Shown here: positions 11,687 through 21,631 of the stretch, one piece after another
How positions within the stretch are numbered: the stretch's first letter is position 1
Layout of the letters: the number at the start of each line of letters is the position of its first letter
From: a virus
Strand: one strand, 5' to 3'
DNA length: 64,000 bases
IMG/VR virus record: IMGVR_UViG_3300008117_007749
Translations under genes and position numbers: made by a program
The notes under the pieces: model-generated
Told to the model about the DNA's origin: nothing
The model's database searches: none
The model's input: the letters and a program-made list of their open reading frames with translations, nothing else

Positions 11687-13288
11687 TTAAATTCTTTCAT
11701 AAATCATATCGATTGAGTCTAATGATATTAGATCGAATCCAGAGTTGAATCCATTCCAATAGAGCTCATCACCTAAATCAACAGAGAATATTGTTTTTGC
11801 GGTTAATCCCCCATCATTCGAAAAATAACAATCAACATTAGAAGCTGTGGAATTTTGACCATCACCTAAATTTTGTAATTGACCATTAACATAAATGGAT
11901 AATCTTGAATAATCATTTGGACTATAGTTTATTGTCAAACCAGTAGGTTGAAAATTCTGACCAATCAATGTACCTAATGGAGATAAATTAATTTGAGAAT
12001 ACTCAGGTTGTGCTAATGCTGAGCTTGGTACCCATTGAAAATAACCCATTGAATCCACTGATAAAAAATAACCAGCGGTCGCTCCCCCATTACTACCTGA
12101 ATCCAATTTAAACGTGTTAATTGATGAGTTCTTAACTTCAGCTGAAACCGAAGGACCAAAGATTGTATTAGATTGTGAAAAGGAAATAGTATTAGTGTCA
12201 TTAAATGATGTGGTCATTCCACTACCTGAAAAATTAATTAAAGATAATTGTCCATAATTTGAAAATGTACCACCACTCAAAATCATTGATCCATTTGCTA
12301 TAACAACTTGACCATAATTAACAAGTGTTCCTTGTATAGTTAAGTCAGAATAAACCCAATATTGATAGTATGGCGGTACTACGATATAATCGTTTGGTTC
12401 CACTAAATACTTTACACTAAAAATATCATCATTTGTGTAAGGTCTTGATAATTGAAAATAAGTACCATCAAAACAAACATTATAAATTAATGTTGTATCA
12501 ATTTCATTAGGATTAAAATTGGATAGTCCGCTAGCAGATGGCCTTTTTACCAGTACCTCACCCAATCCGTTTATATTTAGCGAAACAGTCAATCCAATAT
12601 TCGAGGTAGCAAACTGTGTCAAAAATAACACATCAGGATAATACTGATCTATAGAAGGTGTCATAGTAACAGAATAGGATAAACCATTCGCAGTTGTAGC
12701 TACTATTGATCTAATTTGATTTAATTTTTCTTTAACCCAAGCACCTGTTGGGAAAACACCTTCATATCTATAAATTGAATTATCTTCATCATCGACTCTT
12801 ACCGACATCCCATCCGTAGGAGTTGTCTGAATCCATTGATTAGTGACTGAATTCCATTCAACAACTTTATCAGGTTGAAAAGAAGACCAATTAATTCCAG
12901 AAGGAGCATTTCCTAATAAGTATCTATCCCCTGAAGAAGGAGTAGGTTCTATATTTGAAATAGAAAGTACAGAGTCAATCCATTCATTTCCACCACCTCC
13001 AGAAACACCTCCAGAAAATTCTTTCCAATTTGAATCATCTAAAATGTTAGTAGAAACATAATTATATGTTAATTGATAAGTTTTATTATTAGACGGAGTT
13101 GGATCACTATAAACAGTAACCATCATACCCCATTCTCTTCTTTCAAATATAATAGAATTTCTCTCTGCGATTGTAGCATAAGAATGAAGACCCCCTTTAA
13201 TCTCTGAAGCATAAGCAGTAGCAATAGTATCCAGACTATCTACTGGTCTTATTGCTGCTGAAATTAATGTTCCTGTATTTAATGCCAT
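11687..13288 (-). CDS. Virion structural protein with DUF2793-like module
   Basis: RREWGMMVTV N-terminal module, GDRYLLG..PSG.NW module, C-terminal YVNGQ..LGD..DCYF..LYWNG domain. Confidence 0.7.
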   Translation of the reverse strand: MALNTGTLISAAIRPVDSLDTIATAYASEIKGGLHSYATIAERNSIIFERREWGMMVTVYSDPTPSNNKTYQLTYNYVSTNILDDSNWKEFSGGVSGGGGNEWIDSVLSISNIEPTPSSGDRYLLGNAPSGINWSSFQPDKVVEWNSVTNQWIQTTPTDGMSVRVDDEDNSIYRYEGVFPTGAWVKEKLNQIRSIVATTANGLSYSVTMTPSIDQYYPDVLFLTQFATSNIGLTVSLNINGLGEVLVKRPSASGLSNFNPNEIDTTLIYNVCFDGTYFQLSRPYTNDDIFSVKYLVEPNDYIVVPPYYQYWVYSDLTIQGTLVNYGQVVIANGSMILSGGTFSNYGQLSLINFSGSGMTTSFNDTNTISFSQSNTIFGPSVSAEVKNSSINTFKLDSGSNGGATAGYFLSVDSMGYFQWVPSSALAQPEYSQINLSPLGTLIGQNFQPTGLTINYSPNDYSRLSIYVNGQLQNLGDGQNSTASNVDCYFSNDGGLTAKTIFSVDLGDELYWNGFNSGFDLISLDSIDMIYERI

Positions 13289-13307
13289 CTAATTTTTATT
13301 TATATTT

Positions 13308-14318
13308 TTATGTTATTACTATATTTACTGGTGAATTATATCTAGTATTACTAACCCAAACCTCATAGTTAGTTATAAACCCAAAAGTGTTAGCTAACGG
13401 AGATGCGGTCCTTACATTAGTAAATGCTGTATTAATCATACCATTTACTGTAAAAACCGGGGTAGTTGATTGTGATACAGTACTAGGCCAAGCAAATACT
13501 AAGTAATTACCACCACCATTAATATTATTATATGTTCTACTTTTATTTGTACTTAATATATTTCCAAAGGCTTGTCCATTTGCACCAGCACCGGTTAAAT
13601 TTCTAATAGTAGAATCAATACAAACTGCGGTTACTAATGAAGAGGAACCTGGATTTGTGGTTAAATTGGGCTGCGAAGGAACTACAATATCTCCCCAATA
13701 AATTCGATTCATAAATGTCAATGACTGAGTAGAACTAGCACTTGATATTGCATCCGAGGCGGTCATAGAAAAATACTTTACCTCAGAAGGACCTACAGGT
13801 GACATACTATGAGTAGTAAAAATACCTGTAGCGACTCCAGATTGACTTAAACCAGTTGGAACAACCGGAGAACCATTAATTAGTATAGAAGTAATGTTGT
13901 TAGATCCACGCACCACATTCCAATTCAAAGAAACATTCATCGAAGACCCAAACTCCCTATCATTTAAAAGACCTATACCCGTAGAAGGTGAAACATAAGG
14001 ATACAACATAGTATCAATAACATCCTGAACTGAACCAGAGAAAGTAGCTCCCGGTAAAATACCCCCAATTGGAGAAGTTATAGTGGAGGGCGTTAATCCA
14101 ATATAAGCAGAAGAAACAGTAAGACCACTGACAGACGAAGAAAACCCATCTAATCTAGCCCACAATGAATAAATCGCATCACGGACATCACCCGCTCCAA
14201 TTTCACCACCAGTATTATTCGGAATTTGAAGTAGCAATTCATCAACAGTAGAATATTGATAACTAAGAGTTATCGAAGCACTAGGACCCGGAACAGAATA
14301 AGTACCAACAAAAGCCAT
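13308..14318 (-). CDS. Virion structural protein (Ig-like/beta-rich)
   Basis: First gene of the fibre operon, S/T/G-rich; IDTMLYPY..P and YLVFAWP motifs; AATATATA upstream. Confidence 0.6.
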   Translation of the reverse strand: MAFVGTYSVPGPSASITLSYQYSTVDELLLQIPNNTGGEIGAGDVRDAIYSLWARLDGFSSSVSGLTVSSAYIGLTPSTITSPIGGILPGATFSGSVQDVIDTMLYPYVSPSTGIGLLNDREFGSSMNVSLNWNVVRGSNNITSILINGSPVVPTGLSQSGVATGIFTTHSMSPVGPSEVKYFSMTASDAISSASSTQSLTFMNRIYWGDIVVPSQPNLTTNPGSSSLVTAVCIDSTIRNLTGAGANGQAFGNILSTNKSRTYNNINGGGNYLVFAWPSTVSQSTTPVFTVNGMINTAFTNVRTASPLANTFGFITNYEVWVSNTRYNSPVNIVIT

Positions 14319-14420
14319 TTACAAAATATAGTTTTCTTTATATATTAAAAAAGAAAAATCTAATTATTCAAAAGCATTAAAAATAAAATTTATAGTAAGA
14401 GTATCATGATGTTTCATGAT

Positions 14421-15131
14421 TTAAGATAACCAGATGTAGTGACCTCTATTGAATCCATCATGTTGCCACTCATCCCCTAAACAAACACTTATTAAATCAC
14501 ATAACTTATCTTTATTTAAAATTTCTGACAATTTTTCCTCTAATAAATCCTTTTTTACCAAATCATTAAATTTTATTTTGAGGTCATCAATTATGTCTAT
14601 CTCTCTTTCAGACATTTCATCAACAATATGTTCTATTATATTATGTTTAATAACTTCAAATTCTTCTTCTGAGTAAATAATTATATTCCAATCGTCATTC
14701 TTCCAATCTTCAATCTTAAATTTGTGTTTATCCGAATCTATAACATCAATTGCGCTTAAATTAGTATCAAAATAATCAGCTAAAATTTTCTCCATTTCTA
14801 TTCCAGCTTTATCTATACCCTTATAGAGACACTGCTTTAAATCTGATATTTTCCATTCGGTAGATTCTAATAAATTAAATGATTCAAATGTAATTACACC
14901 ATCTGATTCCATATGTTTTCTATCTTCTATAATATCTTTAAGAATTCTATCAGAACCAGAAATATCTTTTAATTTATTTCTTTCTAAAAATTTATTAAAT
15001 CTTTGACCACCTGGCTTAAGATAAGCACTTAATCTAGAAGGTCTAATTTTATGATTATCAATATAATCATCCACCAAACCATTAATTAATTGATAGTATT
15101 TATTTGCGTCTTCTCTATTATTAATTGACAT
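14421..15131 (-). CDS. Hypothetical protein with internal TFESF..LES motif
   Basis: 236 aa ORF overlapping the upstream gene. Confidence 0.6.
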   Translation of the reverse strand: MSINNREDANKYYQLINGLVDDYIDNHKIRPSRLSAYLKPGGQRFNKFLERNKLKDISGSDRILKDIIEDRKHMESDGVITFESFNLLESTEWKISDLKQCLYKGIDKAGIEMEKILADYFDTNLSAIDVIDSDKHKFKIEDWKNDDWNIIIYSEEEFEVIKHNIIEHIVDEMSEREIDIIDDLKIKFNDLVKKDLLEEKLSEILNKDKLCDLISVCLGDEWQHDGFNRGHYIWLS

Positions 15132-15429
15132 TTCCTTTATTTAATTTATATAAATCTATAAAGTCATCTTCATCTTTAGCTCTCTCGGATTCTAAATCCT
15201 GAAAATCATCTTCTTCTAGTCTATCACCAACAGTTTCATACCACTCGTCTTTACTTAACTCCTCAATTTCGTTAGATTGGCAAAATTTACAATCATTGGA
15301 TTCTTGATTAAGTTGTTTCCAAAGAGCATTACACTCATCACAATGATAATAAAGTGTTAAGTCAGCCTTTGATGCGACTGGTAGCGTTTGACTAAAATCA
15401 AAAGTTTCAAATTTCCTGATATACTTCAT
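15121..15429 (-). CDS. Zinc-ribbon protein with N-terminal CTS-like peptide
   Basis: MKYIRKFETF; CDEC...CKFC. Confidence 0.7.
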   Translation of the reverse strand: MKYIRKFETFDFSQTLPVASKADLTLYYHCDECNALWKQLNQESNDCKFCQSNEIEELSKDEWYETVGDRLEEDDFQDLESERAKDEDDFIDLYKLNKGNVN

Positions 15430-15505
15430 ACTATCTATATATAAATTTTATTTTTATTATTTTTTCATATTGAATTTAGAGAATGATATATTAATATATA
15501 ATTAC

Positions 15506-16408
15506 ATGAACTTAAAGCAATTAAAAGACTTTTATAATAAAAAACCTGTAGAATTTGTAATTAAAGAACATTATGATTTGATAGAGAATCAAGAGTTTAT
15601 TCCAAGATTTTCCTTAAAGAATGTAAAGGATATCAATAATATTCCAATTAATAAACCTATTAAATATTCAGATGATTTAATGTCAAAGGCGATAAAGTAT
15701 GGAATGATCTTTTTAATTAACTATAAGGGAGAAGAAGACAAACATTTTGCAGGTCACGAAAGAGTAATTTATCCAATGGTTTTAGGACGCTCATCAAAAG
15801 GCAAAACGTTACTAAGAGGATGGCATTTAAATGGATGGTCAGTATCTCAAAGAAGACATATAAATAAAATTTGGAGACTTTTTAGAACAGATAGAATACT
15901 TTCTATGACCTTTACAGGTTCTTTTTATAGATTACCTCCTTCTGGATATAATATGAATGATAAGGGAATGCGTGGTGGAATCATAACACGAGCTGACTTT
16001 AATGAGATTAGAAGAAACCAACAAAACTTAGTGAATCAAAATAAAATTCAAAATAGAGAAGAAGTGGAAATGGGAGCAGAGGAAAGAAAATTTGCTTCAA
16101 TTGTTGTTAAAGAAACCGGAACTCAATTAGATTTGAAAAATGCCTTAGAAAACTCCTATATTAATAACTTAAAAGATACAGAAGGACTGAGATTATCTTT
16201 TCTTAAAAGTGTATATGGAACTAAATATGTAGCGATTTTAGGAGCTCTCGGCCAACCAGGAAACACCGTAAAAGTTACTACAGATAAGAATCAAAATCTA
16301 GGAGTATTCAAAGTATTAGACTCAATAACAGGAAAAGTACTGAAAAGTATTAAAAATGTGAAGGGTAATTCAGTATATGATCTTTACCTTTTTGATAAGA
16401 AAGTATAA
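15506..16408 (+). CDS. WYL-domain protein
   Basis: INYKG...ERVIYP..LG...LLRGW...WRLFRTDRI is WYL-like; start moved to ATG 15506 after AATATATA. Confidence 0.65.
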   Translation: MNLKQLKDFYNKKPVEFVIKEHYDLIENQEFIPRFSLKNVKDINNIPINKPIKYSDDLMSKAIKYGMIFLINYKGEEDKHFAGHERVIYPMVLGRSSKGKTLLRGWHLNGWSVSQRRHINKIWRLFRTDRILSMTFTGSFYRLPPSGYNMNDKGMRGGIITRADFNEIRRNQQNLVNQNKIQNREEVEMGAEERKFASIVVKETGTQLDLKNALENSYINNLKDTEGLRLSFLKSVYGTKYVAILGALGQPGNTVKVTTDKNQNLGVFKVLDSITGKVLKSIKNVKGNSVYDLYLFDKKV

Positions 16409-16424
16409 ATTCATTTATAATTTT

Positions 16425-16432
16425 AATATATA
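16425..16432 (+). promoter_or_regulatory. Late-type promoter AATATATA, representative of more than 25 copies
   Basis: AATATATA-AATC-ATG; also at 15493, 17598, 35527, 40615, 44995, 50370, 51784, 56338, 57709, 60012, 61432, 63512 and upstream of most minus-strand transcription units. Confidence 0.75.
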
Positions 16433-16436
16433 AATC

Positions 16437-17591
16437 ATGTTAAAAAGATTTTCAAACTTTATAAGAGAAGAATTATGGATTGAAGACATGGATAAACCTT
16501 CAGTAGATACTCTAAAAAGAAATTTACTTTTTAGATTAAATGAGTATCGAACATTTATTCTATCAAACATCAATTATAATTTAACAACGAATAAAGTAGA
16601 GTATAAAGAATTCGAAACAATCGATATTAAAGTAATGATAAGAGAACTAACTAATGAATTTACAGAAGAAGTTGTTCAAGAATTAAACTTAGAAGCATTT
16701 TTAAGAAAATTAAATCAAATATTAGAACTTAAAAAAAGAAATACTAAAAGAAAAGTTAGAGAATCCTTTGATGACTACTACAAGTCAATAGAAGTAAGAA
16801 TTGACCAATTACATCAGACAGGAAAAACTGAAGATCATTTTGACCAATTTGAAGGAGAAGGTTCAATTTTAGGAAGAAGACAATATGAATCTGAAAAATA
16901 TCAATTACAGGTTGAACTATTAAAACTTCAAGAATGGGTTAAGGCAAACGGAAAAAAAGTAGCAATTGTATTTGAAGGTAGAGATGCCGCAGGTAAAGGA
17001 TCAACTATTAAAAGATTTGTTGAATATTTGGATCCAAAAGGATTTAAAGTTGTAGCACTAGGTGTTCCAACTGATGAGGAAAAAAACAATTGGTTCCAAA
17101 GATATGAGACACACTTGCCTAATTCAGGAGAAATAGTTTTCTTTGATAGAAGTTGGTACAATAGAGCAGTTGTTGAACCAGCTATGGGATATTGCACAGA
17201 AGAACAATATCAAGACTTTATGGATAAAGTTATAGATTGGGAAGAAAAACAAATCAGAAATGGTTTGATACTTATAAAATTCTGGTTCTCAATTACGCAA
17301 GATAAACAAATTAAAAGATTTGAATTAAGACAAAAATCACCACTTAAATATTGGAAGTTCTCTCCAAACGACGCAAAAGTATTAGACAAATGGGAAGTTA
17401 TTGGAAACTTTAAAAGACAGATGTTTCAACAAACTTCATCTAGATTGTCTCCTTGGGTTATTATTAACTCAAATGATAAAAAGATTGGTAGGTTAAACGC
17501 TATGAGATATGTTATATCTAAAGTAGACTATTCTGATAAAAATCCAGAAATGAGTAAATACTACCCTGAAGTAGTTAATATTCTGATTTAA
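16437..17591 (+). CDS. ppk2: Polyphosphate kinase 2 with ~150-aa N-terminal extension
   Basis: FEGRDAAGKG Walker A, FDRSWYNRA, KFWFSI, PLKYWKFSP, SPWVII. Confidence 0.95.
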   Translation: MLKRFSNFIREELWIEDMDKPSVDTLKRNLLFRLNEYRTFILSNINYNLTTNKVEYKEFETIDIKVMIRELTNEFTEEVVQELNLEAFLRKLNQILELKKRNTKRKVRESFDDYYKSIEVRIDQLHQTGKTEDHFDQFEGEGSILGRRQYESEKYQLQVELLKLQEWVKANGKKVAIVFEGRDAAGKGSTIKRFVEYLDPKGFKVVALGVPTDEEKNNWFQRYETHLPNSGEIVFFDRSWYNRAVVEPAMGYCTEEQYQDFMDKVIDWEEKQIRNGLILIKFWFSITQDKQIKRFELRQKSPLKYWKFSPNDAKVLDKWEVIGNFKRQMFQQTSSRLSPWVIINSNDKKIGRLNAMRYVISKVDYSDKNPEMSKYYPEVVNILI

Positions 17592-17624
17592 TAATATAAT
17601 ATATACAAAAAACAAAACAAAATT

Positions 17625-18356
17625 ATGAAAGTTATTCAAAAATTTGAAAGTTATATGTCTAGAGAAGAAATGTGTAGTGCTCTTTGCAGATGTGGATATA
17701 CTATGAGCGAACTCGAAGAATGTTCAAATCAAGAACTTGAAGAAATGTGTAGAGCAACAGAGGAAGAAAACTATATAAATAATAACACTATGACTCAGGA
17801 GAAGAAAGGAGAAAAATGGATTAAAGACGCTATCAAAAATCCAGGATCTTTAAGAAAATCTATGGACAAAAAAGAAGGAGAAAAAATTTCAAAGAAAGAA
17901 ATTGACTCCGAACTAGAGGCTCTAAAAGGAAAAGACAAAGATCCTAAGAAAAAAGGAGTACAAGGTCTTTCTAAAAATGATTTAGCAAAATACAGAAAAT
18001 TAAATTTAGCAAAAACACTTAAAGGACTAAAAGAACACCAGAATACACAAAATTATATGTTTTTTGGAAATTTAAAAACAATTAAAAGATTAGTTGATGA
18101 GATGTTAGAAATGGATGAATCTGAAGTTGATGCTAAATTATCAAATGGTCACAACTGGGCATTAGATCATATTGCAACATCTAAAGATGATATCGAGGAA
18201 GTATTCAATTTCTTAGCTGGTCACGATGTACCATCTGAAGACCAAGGACATCATCATTATGATGAACCATCACACGAAGAGACCGAGAGTCATTTGGCTA
18301 ATAAAGATTTAGAAGATGAAATGAAAAATATAAAAAGTTTTGGAAACTTTAAATAA
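17625..18356 (+). CDS. Putative internal head protein
   Basis: MKVIQKFESY N-terminus; WIKDAIKNPGSL module; NYMFF.NL...GHNWALDHI module; C-terminal IKSFGNF. Confidence 0.6.
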   Translation: MKVIQKFESYMSREEMCSALCRCGYTMSELEECSNQELEEMCRATEEENYINNNTMTQEKKGEKWIKDAIKNPGSLRKSMDKKEGEKISKKEIDSELEALKGKDKDPKKKGVQGLSKNDLAKYRKLNLAKTLKGLKEHQNTQNYMFFGNLKTIKRLVDEMLEMDESEVDAKLSNGHNWALDHIATSKDDIEEVFNFLAGHDVPSEDQGHHHYDEPSHEETESHLANKDLEDEMKNIKSFGNFK

Positions 18357-18388
18357 AAAAAACCCAGTCAAAATGACTGGGTTTTTTA
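18356..18388. terminator. Bidirectional intrinsic terminator
   Basis: aaaaaaacccagtca-aaa-tgactgggtttttt between convergent genes. Confidence 0.9.
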
Positions 18389-18390
18389 TT

Positions 18391-19125
18391 TTAGAATAAA
18401 TCTTTTTCATCTAAAAGAGTATAAGTAAATTTGTTTTTTGTTACAGTTTTAAACTTCTCACAAACATTCATAACTTCTTCTTTATGAAGCCAATGTGAAA
18501 ATACCTGACAACCAGCAGACCACTTACCGATTTTTGCAGATGAACCAGCTTTATTAGATCCGTGAATATTAATACCAAATAATCCAGTCTCAACTTTTGA
18601 TTCATTCAACTGATAATTGTTATCCTTATTTGAATCTCTATAAACCGTAACTTTTCCGGTTTGAACCAAAGCTCTGTGGTCTGTTTTTTGTTGGTGAAAT
18701 CCTAAAGACCAACAATCAACCCATTGATTTGGCTTAAGAATAGCTGTTCCTAATTTACTCATAGGGTTATTTAGCCAATAAACACCCGGATTAGTTGTGT
18801 TGGGAAATATTTTAATAACTTCTTGACCAGCGACTTTACTATACTCAGCTAAAGCGAAATCGGTATTTTTACCAGCTACTCCATCCTCAGCTAACGTTTT
18901 CCCATTAGCACCTTTGAATCCATAAGAGTTAAGAAATTGTTGTTTACCTTTTAGGTCTAAATTATCAGCCATTTTGGGTATTTGATAAGCAAGACAAAAA
19001 AAGTCGTTAAATGAATCCGGAACATCTAATGTTGCTCTTACTCCGATTAAATTTGGTCTGTCGGTATACCATTTGTAGCCCTTTTTTGATAGGACTGATT
19101 TTAATAAATCAATTGTTATGTTCAT
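18391..19125 (-). CDS. Cell-wall enzyme, candidate endolysin: YkuD/L,D-transpeptidase-like catalytic motif plus inserted peptidoglycan-binding segment
   Basis: GINIHG...WSAGCQV (His...S-x-G-C); QQFLN..GF...LAEDGVAGKNT resembles PG_binding_1. Confidence 0.65.
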   Translation of the reverse strand: MNITIDLLKSVLSKKGYKWYTDRPNLIGVRATLDVPDSFNDFFCLAYQIPKMADNLDLKGKQQFLNSYGFKGANGKTLAEDGVAGKNTDFALAEYSKVAGQEVIKIFPNTTNPGVYWLNNPMSKLGTAILKPNQWVDCWSLGFHQQKTDHRALVQTGKVTVYRDSNKDNNYQLNESKVETGLFGINIHGSNKAGSSAKIGKWSAGCQVFSHWLHKEEVMNVCEKFKTVTKNKFTYTLLDEKDLF

Positions 19126-19228
19126 AATAGTTATTCTTTTTTAGTATATATCAAAACAATTTTCTAAATTTTTACTAAAATCATTATGAGATTTTTTCAG
19201 TCTCAATAAATATAATACTTTAGACAGT

Positions 19229-19645
19229 ATGGATAAGTTAGATAAATTTTTACATTTTTTTTTAGACAACATTGATGACAAAAGAATCTCAGTATCAAAA
19301 AAAATGAAATATGGATTTAGATTCTACTACATAACTTTTGTAGTCGATGAAGATCCAATAAAAAAATCAACTCAGTTATATCAATATAGAGAAAATATGG
19401 AAGTTATATTTGATAATAGAAACGGATGTATAGAAATATTTGGAGGATACGAAAACCACCCTCTTATTGTTGAAGACAAAATACTTTTAGAAAAATGGTC
19501 TAAAATATTAGAAAGCGTTGTAAATGAAAATTTAGAAGAAAGAGTGGTTGATGTTTTTGAAAAAACACTTAATGAGTGTTATAATAAAAATTTATATAGA
19601 GAATTACAAATGAAAAAAATATTTAAAGAAGATGAATCCGTATAA
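19229..19645 (+). CDS. Hypothetical protein
   Basis: 138 aa; ends with RELQMKKIF, a variant of the RDxKI tag. Confidence 0.6.
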   Translation: MDKLDKFLHFFLDNIDDKRISVSKKMKYGFRFYYITFVVDEDPIKKSTQLYQYRENMEVIFDNRNGCIEIFGGYENHPLIVEDKILLEKWSKILESVVNENLEERVVDVFEKTLNECYNKNLYRELQMKKIFKEDESV

Positions 19646-20126
19646 CCAAGATGAATTCGATAGGATTGGTAAAGTTAAAGAAACTAACGATAAATTAGAA
19701 GAGTTCTTTAATGACAAAAGATCCGAGTGGAACAAAAATGTAGAACCACTCTTTAAAATAATAAGAGTTGATTTAACCAATCCTTCCTCCGCGAAGGACA
19801 TAATGGAAGCTCAATCATCGGCTCTGTCTTATAGACAAGCAATCAGCGAACAAATTAATTTCTTCTTAAATAAACGCAGTAAAGAAACAACTAAGATTAA
19901 GAGACTTAGACAAGATAAATTTATATTTTATGCAACAGGATTTGGTGTTAAAACAAACCTAGGAGAAAAAGGAATCTTAATTGATGGCCATTTAGCTGAA
20001 AATGATAGAAGTCTTGAACTTATTGAATCTTATATCGAATTCTTAAGAGACACCACAAAGAATCTAGAAAGTTTAAGTTATTCAATTAAGAATATGATTG
20101 AATTGATGAATTATTTAGGTCGTTAA
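19632..20126 (+). CDS. uvsY: UvsY-like recombination mediator
   Basis: Helical; ...RQDKFIFYATG...E....I....IEFL.....L....YSIKNMIE matches the T4 UvsY pattern (LDYYSG...LDFC...GFAIKH). Confidence 0.65.
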   Translation: MNPYNQDEFDRIGKVKETNDKLEEFFNDKRSEWNKNVEPLFKIIRVDLTNPSSAKDIMEAQSSALSYRQAISEQINFFLNKRSKETTKIKRLRQDKFIFYATGFGVKTNLGEKGILIDGHLAENDRSLELIESYIEFLRDTTKNLESLSYSIKNMIELMNYLGR

Positions 20127-21241
20127 TCGACTTTTTTATTCCATTTAGTTTCGATACGCAGATCTTTTAGAGCTTGGTGACCTGATGAACATTCAGAACA
20201 TAACACTTTATCACCGTCCCAGTTTGTTGTGATAACATCACCTTCACAATCTTCACATCTTTCTCTTTCACCATAAACACTATGTAAGTAATAACAATTT
20301 TTGTCAGATAAATTAGACAAACTATCTTTATCTTTACTTAAAAAACACATAGTATCAACATAAGGATACATATTAAAGTCGCCTTTTAACTTTAATTTAA
20401 CTTCACCGGATACTTCTTCGCCTTTATAAATGAAACGAACGCTATCACTATCATGTGATGAAATAACTTTCTTATAAAACCAACCTTCTGTATCCGCAAA
20501 TTGTTTAAATCTATTAACATCCGAATCTCGGTTAGCATAAACTCTATCCATAAAGTATTTAGAATCACAAGGTGATTTTTTAACCTTCCAGACAAGAGCT
20601 CTTCCATGAATTTTATCATCAGAATCAACATAAATAAGAAGTTTTACTTTATCTGGATTTTCAGTATAAATCTTAAAAGTTCTTTTACCTTCATCTCTCA
20701 TACAAGAACTTCCTAAAGTTCCTTTTCGACTGTAATATTTATTTTCATCATAATATTTTGCAATATCTTCACCAGATACTAATTTGAATTGAATCGTTGA
20801 TACTTCCGTAGAAGCTTTCCAAGAATTTACAAAAGACTCTCTATCAGAATCACTCACGTTAATTCCTCTTAAAGAACAAATATAATTTACAATTTTACCA
20901 ATTTTTACCTCACCTCTGCCGGGCATTGTATAAGGAAAATTAGGATTATCATAAATTTCATCTTTTTTAGAATTTACCTTTGATTGATTTATAAACCCAA
21001 CCATATCTTCAGAATCAACTAAATCAAAATAGTTTTGTTTAATTTTATCATCTGGGAAATACTGCTCACTCTCTATTATATCTAATATTTGATCGGCAAT
21101 TTCACCTACTTTACCTGGTTGTTTTACTAATGATTTTAATTTAAATAAAAAATCAGTCGTGCTATAAACTCGACCTTCTAAAAGAGAAAAGATTTCAAAC
21201 TTTAGTTTTTCTAATATAAAACCATCGTATTTTGTTATCAT
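20123..21241 (-). CDS. Conserved phage protein (SCM..GRALxW..MDRxY..PYxDT family) with CTS-like N-terminus and C-terminal Zn finger
   Basis: GSSCMR, GRALVW, FMDRVY, PYVDT, CEDC..CSEC; MITKYDGFILE. Confidence 0.65.
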   Translation of the reverse strand: MITKYDGFILEKLKFEIFSLLEGRVYSTTDFLFKLKSLVKQPGKVGEIADQILDIIESEQYFPDDKIKQNYFDLVDSEDMVGFINQSKVNSKKDEIYDNPNFPYTMPGRGEVKIGKIVNYICSLRGINVSDSDRESFVNSWKASTEVSTIQFKLVSGEDIAKYYDENKYYSRKGTLGSSCMRDEGKRTFKIYTENPDKVKLLIYVDSDDKIHGRALVWKVKKSPCDSKYFMDRVYANRDSDVNRFKQFADTEGWFYKKVISSHDSDSVRFIYKGEEVSGEVKLKLKGDFNMYPYVDTMCFLSKDKDSLSNLSDKNCYYLHSVYGERERCEDCEGDVITTNWDGDKVLCSECSSGHQALKDLRIETKWNKKVD

Positions 21242-21267
21242 ATAATCGTATATATTATTTTCTATAC

Positions 21268-21630
21268 ATGGAATATCCTAAATTTAAATTAAACAAAGAT
21301 TGGAACATTGAATCAGAGTTTGCTGGAGTCAAAAACAAGGTTCTTATATTTTCATCGGGTCACATTTTTGAATCAAATGAAGATGGTGAGTATGTAATTG
21401 AATGGATTGGCGGTAGAATGTCGTTTGACGAGGATCAAATGAGATTAAATAAAGACCTATTTACTCCGATAGAAATTAGAAATGATATTGAAATACATAT
21501 TGAGGAGATTCCAGAAGATGATGACATCTTAGTTAGAAATTGGAGAATTCAACTAGATGTAAAAACAACTCGTAAAAAACTAAAAGAAGTTCAGAAGATT
21601 ATAGAAGAATATGTAAAACCTATTTTATAG
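21268..21630 (+). CDS. Hypothetical protein
   Basis: ORF; probable start MEYPKF at 21268. Confidence 0.6.
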   Translation: MEYPKFKLNKDWNIESEFAGVKNKVLIFSSGHIFESNEDGEYVIEWIGGRMSFDEDQMRLNKDLFTPIEIRNDIEIHIEEIPEDDDILVRNWRIQLDVKTTRKKLKEVQKIIEEYVKPIL

Positions 21631-21631
21631 A

